The notes beneath the pieces are model-generated. The model was not told the DNA's origin. It did no database searches and saw only the letters and a list, made by a program, of their open reading frames with translations. 64,000 nt of DNA from Geosiphon pyriformis uo1 (Eukaryota; Fungi; Glomeromycota). The position numbers were made by a program, and so were the translations under genes. The DNA lies in NCBI GenBank assembly GCA_016748015.1, contig JAAOMT010000502.1, positions 744,001-808,000 on the forward strand, in the 5' to 3' direction. Each line of letters opens with the position of its first letter. Position 1 is the first letter of the stretch. Below, piece after piece: positions 25,101-37,727 of the stretch.

Positions 25101-27001
25101 GGACATTGTGGAGTTCACATGCTTTTGATATCCTAGCAGTTAGAATCTTTGTTAAGATTTTTCTGGTGCTTTCAATGAGTGTGATCGGTCTGGTAATGTC
25201 AATATTGCCACTCCATTCTTTTGGCTTTGGAATTAGTATAACTTGTGCTACTCTCCACTCCTCAGGCATGTTTGCAGCTTTAATACAAGCATTGAGCAAC
25301 GTTTTCAGTTTAGACTTGGTATTAGGTCCATCCTTCCTCTAGAGTTCAGCTTGAATGCCTGATGGGCCAGGAGCTTTGTTATGGGGTGTGTGGCTCAATA
25401 TGTGTTCAAATTCCTCATTTGTTAATTTATTCATTACACTATCAAAGGCATGATCTGGAATGCTTTCAATCAGATCAAATTTGTGTTTCCAACTTTTCTA
25501 TAGGTCAGGCTCAATGCTTTTTGTTCTGGTCCACCCTTGGGCTTTTCTGTTTACTAGCTTTTTAATTTCATCAGAATCATCATGAAATTTGTCTTCTTCA
25601 ATTACATGGTCTAGTACAATTCTTTGTCTTTTTCTGTTCAGGATGCTTTTGATTATAGCTTCTTTGTTTAGATCAAAGTTTTGTTGTCTCCTAATGATAT
25701 TGTCCACTATCTGTCTCTGCTGTTGTAGTCTGATCCTACTTCACAGTGTTGATCTATATTCTTTCTTAATATTGAGTAATTCCATAATCAGCTTATCCTT
25801 TGGGAGAGTCATCAGATATGTATTAACTGCCTCAGGTTTCAGCTGTTTCTATTTGGCCAACAACTGCATAACATTGTTATCATGCATATCTGCATTGTTT
25901 ACTCTTATTAGTTTGATTATATCAGCAACAATCTTAACAAGCTTGTAATTTATGCATTTTTTCTTTGTGTATGCAGATTGGGCTCCCACTTTCCTTTTCA
26001 GTAGGCACTCAGCAGCTTGTAACACAGTCTCTTTGATTGTAAGCCACATCTGGTTTAGATCTTCATTGCTGTTATCTATTGATTTTCTTTGTGCTTCATC
26101 TGTTAGTCAATCAGTTTCTCTTGCATAGATTTCTCATTGGACTCCAGATGCTTTTTTAACATCAATCATAGTTGTGCTACACTTTTTTCTTCCAGATCTA
26201 GATTTTTTAGTGCCTGCCAAGATTCTATCAGATCGGATGATTGTTACTACTGCTTTGTGATCTGTGCTAAAGGATTCATTAACCAATGTTTGTGACCAGT
26301 GAGGCTGTAACTGCATTAGTAAATACATAGTCCAATCTTCTTTATATACCATTTGATGCCCATGTCTTTTCTGGATTGTTTGTTGCATATGCCCCATGTA
26401 TATCCACTAAATTCATATGTTGTAATGTTGCAGCAGTTGGACAAGCTTTGGCCTTATTTGTAGCATATGTTTCCTTAAGTGACTTGAATGACAGATCTTC
26501 ATTCAAATTGCCTGCAACTATGATAATCTCTTTGTTCTGTACAATGTCTCCCAAAAGTTTCCTGATTTCTTTAGCTACTGCTCCCTCAGTAGGCACTTTG
26601 GAAGCAGGCATGTACAGTCCCACTATGTGCACACTGACTCTTCCTCTAAATTTCAATCCCAAATGCAATAACCTCCCATAAAACCCCTTGATTGTTTCCA
26701 CATGGTGTATCCAACATTTTTTGACCAGTATACCCACACCAGTACCCATTTGTTTCTCTGTACTTGATTCCCAAAAGGCATGATATTCATCGAAACCAAA
26801 AAATACACTTTTTTCTTTTGTTGGAGTCAATTTAGTTTCTGTAACAATCACAAAGTCAAATTGTTCTTCAATAACCCAATGTAGCATCTCTTCAGCTTTA
26901 CCAGGATTATTAAGCCCTCTAACATTAACAGTACCAATTTTCCAAGTGTTGTTATTGGAGTAGTTCTGTTCTATGTTGGAATCAGATGTGCTACACATCA
27001 T
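22130..27001 (-). pseudogene. LINE ORF2: APE endonuclease, RT, RNase H, C-terminal CCHC finger (stops)
   Basis: TVNVRGLN/VTETK/AGNLNE/TDH (APE); RPITL, QDMKKAYDSV, LDQGE..SP, FVND (RT); STDGS..AETKAVLLAL..DS..KVAAHAG..NEKADKLAK (RNase H); C..C...ETNQHFWEC; ends YTSM*. Confidence 0.95.
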
Positions 27002-29261
27002 CTGTTTCCATAGATTTAAGTTCTCCAACAATAGAACTGCTCTAGCTACTCTGTTTTTTCACATGCTTCAGTAACTCCAGAATGGATTCCAAAGTTTTTT
27101 TAATTTCTTTGATTTCTAATTCTGGGTTGTATGCGTCTTTTTTTTCTGCTGGGGTAGATTTCAATGTAGTACTTTGGCTTGGTAACCCAATTTCTACTAC
27201 TTTTTTTTCTTCTGAGATGTCACTTGGCTGTTGAGTAACTATTACTTTTTTTCCTTTCTCTATTGTCACTCCAAGTTTGGCAGCAACTGCATTCAGCAGT
27301 TTTGTCATATCATTAACCTACTATCTTAGTTCATCAATTTCACTCTTCCATGGTTGGTTAACTCCTTTTTTTGATTGTTCTTCCCTATTGTTCACTTGTG
27401 GACCAGGTTTCTGAGTATTGTTTGGATTGGTGTTGTTCCAGTTATGGGGCAGTCTGAGTGCAGCCATATCAGCATATGATCTTCCACCAAAGGCCTTGAT
27501 GTTTTCCTCTGGAACATTCCTCTTAACATACAGTTTTGCCAATCTGATATTGTTGGTAACTTTCTTGGTATCTCCTTCTTTTTTCTTATGCAGAGTTGGA
27601 CATTTTGAGACCAAATGTCCTACCTGGTAACAGAAATGGCACTCTTTAGCATCAGTAGGCACCCAGTGGACCAGTATGTTACCAATTATCAAGGGCTTTT
27701 TAGTGGCATTGTTGTGGCTAGCTTCACTGTCAAATCCTACATAAGCACAGCCCATCCTTGTGTAATTTTTACTAGTTCTTGGGATGAAACAGGATTGGGC
27801 TCTGATTTGATCCAAAGTGGTGCTCAAATAGTGAGCAGTACAGTTCTGTGGTAGGCCCACCAATTTAGCTTCCCAGGTTTTTCTCTGCTCAATGATTTTC
27901 TGGGTTCCAATCATTGAGTAAATTCTGACCACATTTTTTCTGACCATGGTCAACCATTGATCTACAGCTCTTGTTGCTTCTTCTTGGTTGTTATATTCAA
28001 TCACAGCTGATTGCCATTTGCCAGCCACTCTGATTTGAATTTTTTTGACCTCACCAAATTCTTTCATAGCAGCCCCCACCTCTCTGTCAGAGATGCCCAA
28101 GGGGATATCTCTTACCAGGACTTTTTTTTGACCAGCTATTTGGATGTTGATGCCATCAATAGCCATCAAAAATGATTCAATTTCATTATTTGCCAGAATT
28201 TCTCTGACTTGGTCTCTTCTGGCCACTTGGGAAAAATCCACTCTGATTTCTTGGTTTCTAGCCATTACAGCCCCCAAAAGGTACCTAACATCTCCCAAGA
28301 GATCATAGATCTACCCCACTTTCTTTCCCATGATTTTTTCAGGTATATCTAATGCTTGTACAAAAAGTACATGCCTTTTGGTCCCATGGACCACCATTTT
28401 CTATCCTTCCTCCTGGTTTGCTTCCATAAGCATGGGTTTTTTGCCAAGTAACCTACTACTGTATTGTCCTGGACTTGGACTAGCCATTCTGCTTGATAGA
28501 CTTGATTCAGAGTCTTCCATGTCTTCTGCAACATCATCTGCATTAGGCTTATCTCTGTTTGCATCAAATAGATTGTCCATTTGTTTTTCATTCTCTAATA
28601 CAGACTTTCCTCTGTTGATCCTGTCCAGAATATCAGAATTGCACTTCCTCAGAGCTGCTTTGATTTGTGCAGCTCTGTCTTCTTTAGGCACTTTGGATGG
28701 TCCATCCATTTTTCTTAGGGACTTTGAGGCTCTCTTTTCACCAGTCCAAGCTTTCATTTGAAATTTGTTGCTATTTCCTCTTTTGTTGAACATTGGCTGT
28801 AAAACAAAGTTATCAGTTCAAACAGATGTGGTTTCAGGTAAGTTTTCTTCAGATATTTGGGTGAATTTCTTAGTTAGTCCTTTTACACTTAATCTTCCAA
28901 TGTGTTTGTATTTTTTGTTGGCCTTTTTCTCTAATTTGTTAGCTGTTATTGGAGAAAAGTCTGTTGCTCTCCTATGTGGAGCTGTTTTTTTTGATGTGTT
29001 GGCTATTCTAAAGGGTGTATTGTCTCCACTACTTGTGTTCACACTTCCAAATGACCTATTGGTAATTTCAAATCTAAATGGAAGTGTAATAGGTCTAGCA
29101 GTTTCCACAGTTGATAAATTTTGTGAATTAGCATTAATGTCTTCTCCTTCAGCAGTGGAAGTTATGTTCCCTTCCACTTGGTATTCACTATCAGTAGTCT
29201 CTACACTTGTACTTCTTTGCATGACTGTTGTTACTTCACTGTTAACGTTGTTATCAGACAC
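26991..29261 (-). pseudogene. LINE ORF1: RRM-like domains, CCHC zinc knuckle, coiled-coil C-terminus (few stops; true start may be ATG 29345)
   Basis: VLVRDIPLG..FGEVKKI, AKLVGLP..AYVGFDS, CHFCYQVGHLVSKC. Confidence 0.88.
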
Positions 29262-29485
29262 TTTTAAGTCTGTTGTGATAGTAATAATAATATATTTCAG
29301 TTAAAGATTTCTTTGCAAAAAACTTATTTTTCAAATTTGAGGCATAGTAAATTGTGTGGTAGCAGTCAAAGAGAGAAAAAAAAAGTTTCACCACACAATT
29401 TACTATGCCTCAAATTTAGAAATTAAGTTTTTACAAAGAAACCTTTAATTATAATATATTATTACTTTCACAACAGACTTAAAAG

Positions 29486-31751
29486 TGTCTAACAATAACA
29501 CCAACAGTAAAGTAATACCAGTCATGCAAAGAAGTACAAGCAAAAAGACTACTGACAGTAAAGACCAAGTGGAGGGAAACATTGCCTTCACTACAGATAA
29601 AGAAGAAAATAATCAACTCTACCAAATGCAACAACAGTAGAATCAGCAAGGTCTACTACACCTCCATTTAGATTTGTGACTGTTAACAGACCATTTGAAA
29701 GTATGGATACAAGTAGTGGAGATGACACACCCTTCAGAATAGCCAATACATCAAAAAAAACAGCTTTATACAGGAGGGCAGCAGATTTTTCTCCAGTAAT
29801 GGTTAACAGATTAGAGAAAAAAACTAATAAAAAATACAGACACATTAAAAGATTAAGCATAAAAAGTCTAACCAAGAGATTTAACTAGGTTATTGAGGAA
29901 GACTCATTTGAAAACACAACTGGCCAAACCAACAACTTTGTTTTACAACTAATGTTTAATAAAGGAGGAAATAACAACAAATTCCAAATAGAAGCTTGGA
30001 CTAGAGAAAAGAGGGCTTTAAAGTCCCTAAAAAAATTGAATAAACCTTCAAAAGCACCTAATAGAAAGAGTGAAAGGGCTGCACAAATAGAAGCAGCTCT
30101 AAGAAAATGCAATCTTGATATTTTGAACAAGATTAACAGTGAAAATTCAGTGGTAGAAATTGAGAAACAAATGAACAATCCATTTGATGTAAACAAAGAT
30201 AAGGCTGATCCAGATGACACCACAAAGGACATGAAAGACTCTAAATCGGGCCTATCTAGCAGAATAGAAAGTCCAAGTCCAGGATAATATAGTAGTAAAT
30301 CACTTGGCAAAAAACCAATGTTTATGGAACCAGACCATGAAAAAGGATGAAAAACTGTGGTTCATGGAACCAAAAGACATGTGCTCTTTGTACAGGTGGT
30401 AGATATACCAGAAAAAATCATGGGAAAGAAAATAAGGTGGATTTACAATCTTTTGGGGAATGTCAGTTACCTTTTGGGGGCTGTGATGGCAAGAAACCAA
30501 GAAATTCAAGTGGACTTCTCCCAAGTGGCTGGAAAAAACCAAGCCAGAGAAATACTAATGAATAAAAAGATTGAATCATTTCTAATGGCTACAGATGGTA
30601 TTACCAATCAAATGACTGGTTAAAGAAAAGTCTTGATAAGAGATATCCTCTTAGGAATCTCAAACAGAGAAGTAAAAGCTGTTATGAAAAAATTTGGTAA
30701 GATAAAAAAAGTTCAAATCAAAGTAGCTGGAAAATGGCAATCTGCAGTGATTGAATACAGCAACTAAGAAGAAGCAACCAGAGCTGTACACCAATAGTTA
30801 ACCATGGTCAGGAAAGATGCAGTCAGAATTTATCCAATGGTTAAAACCCAGAAGATTATTGAGCAAAGAAAAACCTGGAAAGCCAAACTAGTAGGTTTGC
30901 CACAAAACTGTACTGCTCACTACTTGAGCACCACTCTGGATCAGATTAAAGCCCGATTTTGCTTCATTCCAAGAACTAGCAAGAACTACACAAGGATGGG
31001 CTGTGCTTACATAGGATTTGACAGTGAAGCTAGTTGCAACAATGCTACCAAAAAACCATTGGTGATTGGGGACACATTGGTTCACTGGGTGCCTACTAAT
31101 GCCAAAGAGTGCCACTTTTGTTACCAGGTAGGGCATTTGGTCTTCAAATGTCCAACTCTACAAAAAAAAAAGAGGGGGATACCAAGAAAGTTACCAACAA
31201 TATCAGATTGGCAAAACTGTATATTAAAAAGAATGTTTCAGAGAAAAATGTCAAGACTTTTGGTGGAAGATTATATGCCAAAATGGCTGCACTCAGACTG
31301 TCTTATAATCTGAACAGCTCAGATCCCAAAGACCTGGTTCACAAGTAAACAATAAAGAAAACCAACCAAAAAAAAGAGGGGTCAACCAACCATAGAAGGC
31401 TGAAATTAATGAACTGAGACTACAGATTAATGAAATGACCAAACTGCTGAGTGCAGTTGCTGCCAAACTTGGGATAACAGTAGAGAAGAAAAAAGACATG
31501 ATGGTCACTTAGCAGCAAAGTCACAATACAAAGGGGAAAAAAAAGTGGAAAATAGGATACCAAGTCAGAATACTACATCTAAGTCTAACTTGGCAGAGAA
31601 AAACGAGGCATACAATCCAGAAAGGGAAATCAAGGAAATTAAAAAATCATTGGAATTCATTCTGGAATTACTGAAGCAAGTGAAAAAACAGGGTAGCTGG
31701 AGCAGTTCTACTGCTAGAAAAACTAAATCTATGGAAACAGATAATGTGTAG
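29486..31751 (+). pseudogene. ORF1 of LINE L2 (disrupted)
   Basis: Co-linear homology with L1 ORF1. Confidence 0.88.
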
Positions 31752-33716
31752 CACATCTGATTCTGACACAGAACAGAACCACCCCAATAACAATATTTGA
31801 AAAATTGGTACTATTAATGTTAGAGAACTTAATAATCCTGGCAAAGCTGAAGAGGTACTACAATAGTGTATTGGAGAACAATTTGACTTTGTGATTATTA
31901 CAGAAACTAAACTGACTTCACCCAAACAAAAGGGTGTGTTTTTTGGCTCTGATAAATATCATGCCTTTTGGGAGTCAAGTGCTGAGAAACAAATGAGAAT
32001 TGGGGTTGGTATATTGGTTAAAAAATGTTGGATGCACTATGTGGAAACAATCAGGAGATACTATGGAAGACTGTTACATTTGGCATTGAAATTTAGAGGT
32101 AAAATCAGTGTGCATATAGTTGGGCTGTACATGCCTGCTTTCAAATCGCCTAGGGAGAAAACAGCAGCCAAAGAAATCAGGAAACTTCTAGGAGACATAG
32201 TGCAAAACAAAGAGATAATTATAGTAGCAGGTAATTTGAATGAAGATTTAACATCCAAATCACTTGAAAAACATTTGCTACAAACAGAGTTAAAGCATGT
32301 CCTACTGCTACAATATTACAATATATGAATTTAGTAGATACACATAAAGTATATGCAACAAACAATCCAAAAATGACATGGACATCAAATAGAGTACAAA
32401 AAAGATTAGACTATGTGTTTACTAACATAGTGACAGCCTCACTGGTCACAAACATTGAGATAATTAATGTTAATGAATCATTTAGCATTGATCACAAAGC
32501 AGTAGTAACAATTATCTGATCTGACAGAATATTGGCAGGCACTAAAAAATCTAGATCAAGAAGAAAAAAGAGTAGCACAACCATGATTGATGTTAAAAAA
32601 GCATCTGGAGTTCAATGGAAGATCTATGCAAGAGAAACTGATTGATTAATAGATAAAGCACAAAGAAAATTGATAGATAACAGCAATGATAATCTAAACC
32701 AGATGTGGCTTACAATCAAGGAGACTGTGTTACAAGCTGCTGACTGCCTACCAAAAAAGAAAGTTGGAGCCTGATCTGCACACACAAAGAAAAAATGCAT
32801 AGATCACAAGCTTGTAAGGATTGTTGCTGATATAATCAAACAAATAAGAGTAAACAAAGCAGATATACAAAATAACAATGTTATGCAGCTGTTGGCTAAA
32901 TGGAAACAGCTGAAACCTGAAGCAGTAATTGCATATCTAATAACTTTTCCAAAAGATAAGCTTATTTCAGAATTACTCAGCATCAAGAAAGAATACAGAT
33001 CAACACTGCATGCTAGAATCAGACTACAACAGCAGAGACAAATAGTGGACAATATCATCAAAAGACAACAAAACTTTGAACTAAACAAAGGAACTATGAT
33101 CAAAAGCATTTTGAACAGAAAAAGACAAAGAATTGTATTAGACCATGTCATTGAAAAAGGTGAATTTTATGATAATCCTGATGAGATCAAGAAACTGGTA
33201 AACAAAAAAGCTCAAGGTTAGACTAGGACAAAAATTCTTGAACCTGAACTGTGGAAGAGTTGGAAATACAGGCTTAAGCCAATTGAGAGCATTCCAGATC
33301 ATGCCTTTGATGGTATGATGGCTGAAATAACAAATGAGGAATTTAAACACATATTGAACCACACACCTCATAACAAAGCCCTTGGTCCATCAGGCATATA
33401 AGCTGAACTCTGGAGGAAAGCTGGACCTAATACCAAGTCCAAACTGAGAACATTGCTTAATGCTTGCATAGATGCAGCAAACATGTCTAAAAAGTGGAGA
33501 ATAGTACAAGTCATATTGATCCCAAAGCCAAAAGAATGGGGTGGCAATATTAACATTACCAGGCCGATTACACTTATTGAAAGTACTAGAAAGATTTTAA
33601 CAAAGATTCTAACTGCAAAAATATTAAAGACATGTGAGATTCATAATGTCTTAAAAGATTACAACACCTTAGTTCTAAAGAATACTTCTACAGCAGTGCC
33701 AATTCATGTGATTAAT
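31744..33716 (+). pseudogene. ORF2 of L2, endonuclease and RT start
   Basis: ITETK, AGNLNE, RLDYVF, SIDH, LIPKPKEW..RPITL. Confidence 0.9.
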
Positions 33717-36067
33717 TTTTTTTTTGTTAACGTGTAGCCATGCCAGTCATTTATTAGTTAGTCCACAGTAATGTGGCGGTTTCATAAAGCCAGTTCACCT
33801 AATAATACATATTACAAGATGCGGCTAACCACAAGCGGAAAGCCCTAACTACATGCTAGTACTACCTTTGTTACTTAATGTATTAAACATATCTAATTCA
33901 TACATCTTACCCATAATGCACACCAGTTCATGACTACTCTTAACAAGACTGCTCATCCACTTAGCAGTCTGATCTGGATTGGACTTGATATTAGAGAATT
34001 GAACCTCCCATAACTCCATCATCACATCAAATATATCATCATAGACCAAAAAATCTTTAGCATTACCATCATCATCATCATCATCATCATTATCATCCAT
34101 GTCTTCATCATCAGATATGTTATAATGTACCTTCCCACTCCTCAACTTGAGGGCCCCACTTCCTTTTGTAGCACAAAAGCCACAGCACAAACAGCCTTAA
34201 TTTGGTTTCCCAATCCAATCACACTTTCTTTCATTGTCTCTGCTATAACTGGTGGAGTAGACAATAACGTAGTAACTAATGCAACCAAAGAGCCCACAGG
34301 CTCAACTATAGATTTGATCAACAAAGACAGCTCACTAAGTTGGGTTTCCAGAGAAGCCAACCTAGCATTAACAGCAACATCTGAACCAGAGGAAACAACT
34401 GGCAACAGTGGCACCACAACTTTGGGGGAGGTACTGAAAGCCAGACCCATATTAGCAGCAGCAGCAACAGAAGGAACCACAGAGGTGGCAGCTTTGGCAT
34501 AGGATTTGGCTCCAACAAGAGATAACTTGAGAAAGGCGGGACCACCAGCAGAATTAAAAGAGAGTTTGGGAGGGAGAGATGGCAACACCTTGCAGTCCAC
34601 AGCCAAATGATCCAAACTTTGACATCTATAGCAGCGATGACATCCAGGAGTTTCCCACCAGATGCGGCAGCCATGTAAGGTACTGGTTTTTGAAACAGCA
34701 GCATTTAAAGATTCCAAGGAATCAAAGGTCACCACAGCAAAGCATTGACATTGATAGGAATCAGGGGAGCAGGGAATGAAACACGTATGGCCACCAACTT
34801 GGGAGACCAGATCACTTATCTCAAATGCAGTGCAGCCAAATGGAAGATTAACCAGCTTAGCTTTGAAAGCATCTCTTGAGGAGATAACCTCCTTTTGATT
34901 GGCAATGGGAAGAATCCTAACACTATCTTTTCTGACCAACACAGACCAGTTAGAGAGAGCAGCAGTAGCAGAAGAAGTGTCCTTAAAATTAACCACAGCA
35001 TATTGCCATAAGCCAGCAGGCTTCAACTTAACAAAAGTGACAACACCAAAGACGCTAAGAGCAGATTTGATGTCATTAGAAGAGGCACCCAAGAGTATAT
35101 TGCACAGTGCAACTGACAAAGAAAGGGAAGAAACAGAGGCCACTTCCGAAGACCATGCAATCTTAAGAGTGGTCAAAAAAACCTCATCACCAATGGCCAC
35201 TTTGGTAGCACCATTTAGACACTCCTGAGATGCAAATTCCAATACAACCAGGCATCAACTAAAACAAAGAACTGAGCAAAGTCATCTTAATCTTAAATGT
35301 AGCACCAGGTACAAGATTGGAGGCCACCCAACCAGAGAACCTTTGATGTCCATTCACATTCTCCCAAACACTAGCATCAGATGCACCAGAAACTGGGGGG
35401 GGCACAGATAATTCCATTTCCATCTGATCAGCCCAATCTTTGGGATTGGCAATGATCTGCTGGAGAGTACCATATCAGGCAACACAGCCAGTAATTGATC
35501 TTGGCCCAACTTGGGAGATGTGTTGCTGCTGTTGCCATCCATATTAGGAATAGGGCTGGCTGCTGCTGTGGAGATCTTACTGAAGATCTCATCTGGAACC
35601 ACAAAGGGGTTCGGTGTAACCATAGCAGTTGCAATTGCCTGCTGCTGTTTTTTGGAATTTTTGGCTTTCACGGCCATTTGTAAAGCAGTAGTAGTAGAAG
35701 TAATAGTGGAAGTGGTGAGAGCAGGAAAGACCAACTTGTTGACTGGCCTGTTATTAAAAATCTTTGGGCTTTTGAAGTAGTGGAGACAACACTGGGACTA
35801 ACCCGAGTGTGTCTTTTTGACTGGGGAAGAACTACTAGCCAAAGTTGAAGAAAATGAACCAGAAGCCACTAAAGGCAGCTTATTACTATTATTTTTTAAA
35901 GGAAATGTTGCCAGAATGTTTTGTCTAGCTGCTTCAATAACAGAGAGACCCTCTTGTGTTGAAACTTTATTAGTTACTATAGGAAAAGTAATGTTTGCAA
36001 CTTTTTTACTCTTAGCTCTATTTGTGGTCATGAAATTTAGGAGAGAAAGAGTTTTTTGCCAAATTGT
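33717..36067 (-). mobile_element. ORF1-only poly(A) retroposon, family C copy C3, full length (about 2.35 kb)
   Basis: Poly(A) tail, 16-bp TSD aattcatgtgattaat (33701-33716 and 36068-36083), no RT or endonuclease between the TSDs. Confidence 0.95.
33849..36031 (-). pseudogene. family C protein (about 720 aa when joined): Ser/Thr-rich N-terminus, RRM-like pair, CCHC knuckle, coiled coil, poly-Asp, short C-terminal domain
   Basis: Frameshifted fragments in the ORF track; CYRCQSLDHLAVDC; motif-level homology to LINE ORF1 (VRKDSVRI, AKLVNLP..CTA, CFIP). Confidence 0.85.
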
Positions 36068-37024
36068 AATTCATGTGATTAATGCTGTTGCTGAGCATGC
36101 AAGGAAATTTGGTAATGAGGCTTGGTTTACATTTCAGGACATAAAAAAAGCATATGACTCAGTGGAATAGAAACTCATAGAAGCTGCACTAAAAAAAATT
36201 AAAATAAACAATAGGTTTACTAAGCTATTTGACTTAATACACAACAATAGAAGCAATAGGATCATAACTGAGTTTGGTCTAAGTGATAAATATCAAGTAC
36301 AAGATGAACTGAATCAAGGGGAAACAAGCTCACCTATTTTGTAGAGAATTTTTTATGACTCCTTACTGTGTGAAGTAAAAAAGACCAATTATAATCAAGG
36401 ATACAAATTAACAGCTAAGTGGAAAAAGTGGAACAATCAACCTGATACACAATCTATAGTAGTATCAGTAAATCACCTAGCCTTTGTTAACAACACAGTG
36501 TGGATAGCTAACTCAAGACGAAGGATGCAGAGTATTCTGAACACAGCCAGTTCTTTTTTTAAAATGGTAGATATTGAGATCAACTTAGATAAGATTGAAA
36601 CAATGGTGGTCAGACCTTCCAAAAGGAAATTATTGTTGGTTGAGCCACTAAAATTTGGGCCAAATAGACAGCCCTTAAAATTGTTGAATCCATTTACATG
36701 CACTCAATATTTGGGGGTGTGGATCAGAGCAGAGGGAAAGAATAAAACTGTGCTGAAAATGATAGGATCTGATATTAAAGTAGTATGTAGGATTATTAGG
36801 AAAAAACACATCATTGAGAAACAGGCAATTTACATTTTCAACAGTGTACTCAGTTCTGCAATAGAATTTAGATCTCAATTGACCCATATTCCAAATAGCT
36901 GGGCCAGAAAATGGACTTCAAAGATCTTAGCCACTGTAAAGAAAAAAGCAAATTTTTCAGTAGATTTCTCAGCCAGTGCCATGCATCATTCATCTTTGTA
37001 CAACTTGTTCAAAATTGATGATAT
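36068..37024 (+). pseudogene. L2 ORF2 RT core
   Basis: QDIKKAYDSV, QGETSSP, LAFVNN, YLGVWI. Confidence 0.9.
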
Positions 37025-37727
37025 TGTTATGGTTGAAACTCATAGTTTTTATTAGTTATCACATGTATTAGCCACTGATGTCATATAATTAGCCAACCTA
37101 TTTTTAGATAGTAATCATTGACCTGATTATTGACCTAGTCATTGACCACTTTTCATAGCTATATAAGCAATGAGTCTCTTAGCTGTAGAAAAGTATGTTC
37201 CAAACAATCAAAGAAATATAATAAAACAACTTTCATCTCAAACATTCACTTATCGCTAATTTCCCTTTCTCTACCTTCAAGTATCTGAACATCTTTTGGA
37301 TAAAAGATCTCTTGTTGGTGTTTATCTGCCTTTTCCTAAAACAATTAAACAAAGTATTTGAAGATTATTGAATAAAACATGACTGAAGAGCACATCTGAT
37401 ACTTGATATTGAATTCTAAGAGTGCTGATGTGAGGCATAGAATTATACCAAGTGTGATCATTTGTTGACAGTACAGACTATTCCTCTACCTTCAGATTCC
37501 TTGGTTACCTTTGAAAAGTATAGCGACTGAGATATTTTATGAGACTGATCTTGCACATTGAATCCATACTCATTCAATTCACTCTTTAAAGTTGAAATTC
37601 CCTTTGATTATTTCCATCACCCTACAATCCTGTTCTTCTTTGCTATCCATTAGCTTGTTACTCCAACCCGTAACATAAAAGTGGTGCTCCCTGTGAGGTT
37701 GTCAAAATTTACTTATTTCCTCATTGT

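Larger units (their letters stand above)
21988..29389 (-). mobile_element. Full-length LINE (non-LTR retrotransposon with RNase H), copy L1, about 7.4 kb
   Basis: Poly(T) at the left end, TSD accacacaatttact at 21973-21987 and 29390-29404, ORF1 and ORF2 domains. Confidence 0.96.

Noticed and set aside
28330-29304. Antisense ORFs over LINE ORF1 and other short opposite-strand ORFs in the track
   Set aside because: Shadow frames of biased coding sequence, with no recognisable motifs and inconsistent boundaries between copies
33760-33810. Hammerhead ribozyme in the 3' tail (ctttatga..aaa)
   Set aside because: No CUGANGA/GAAA core in the required arrangement
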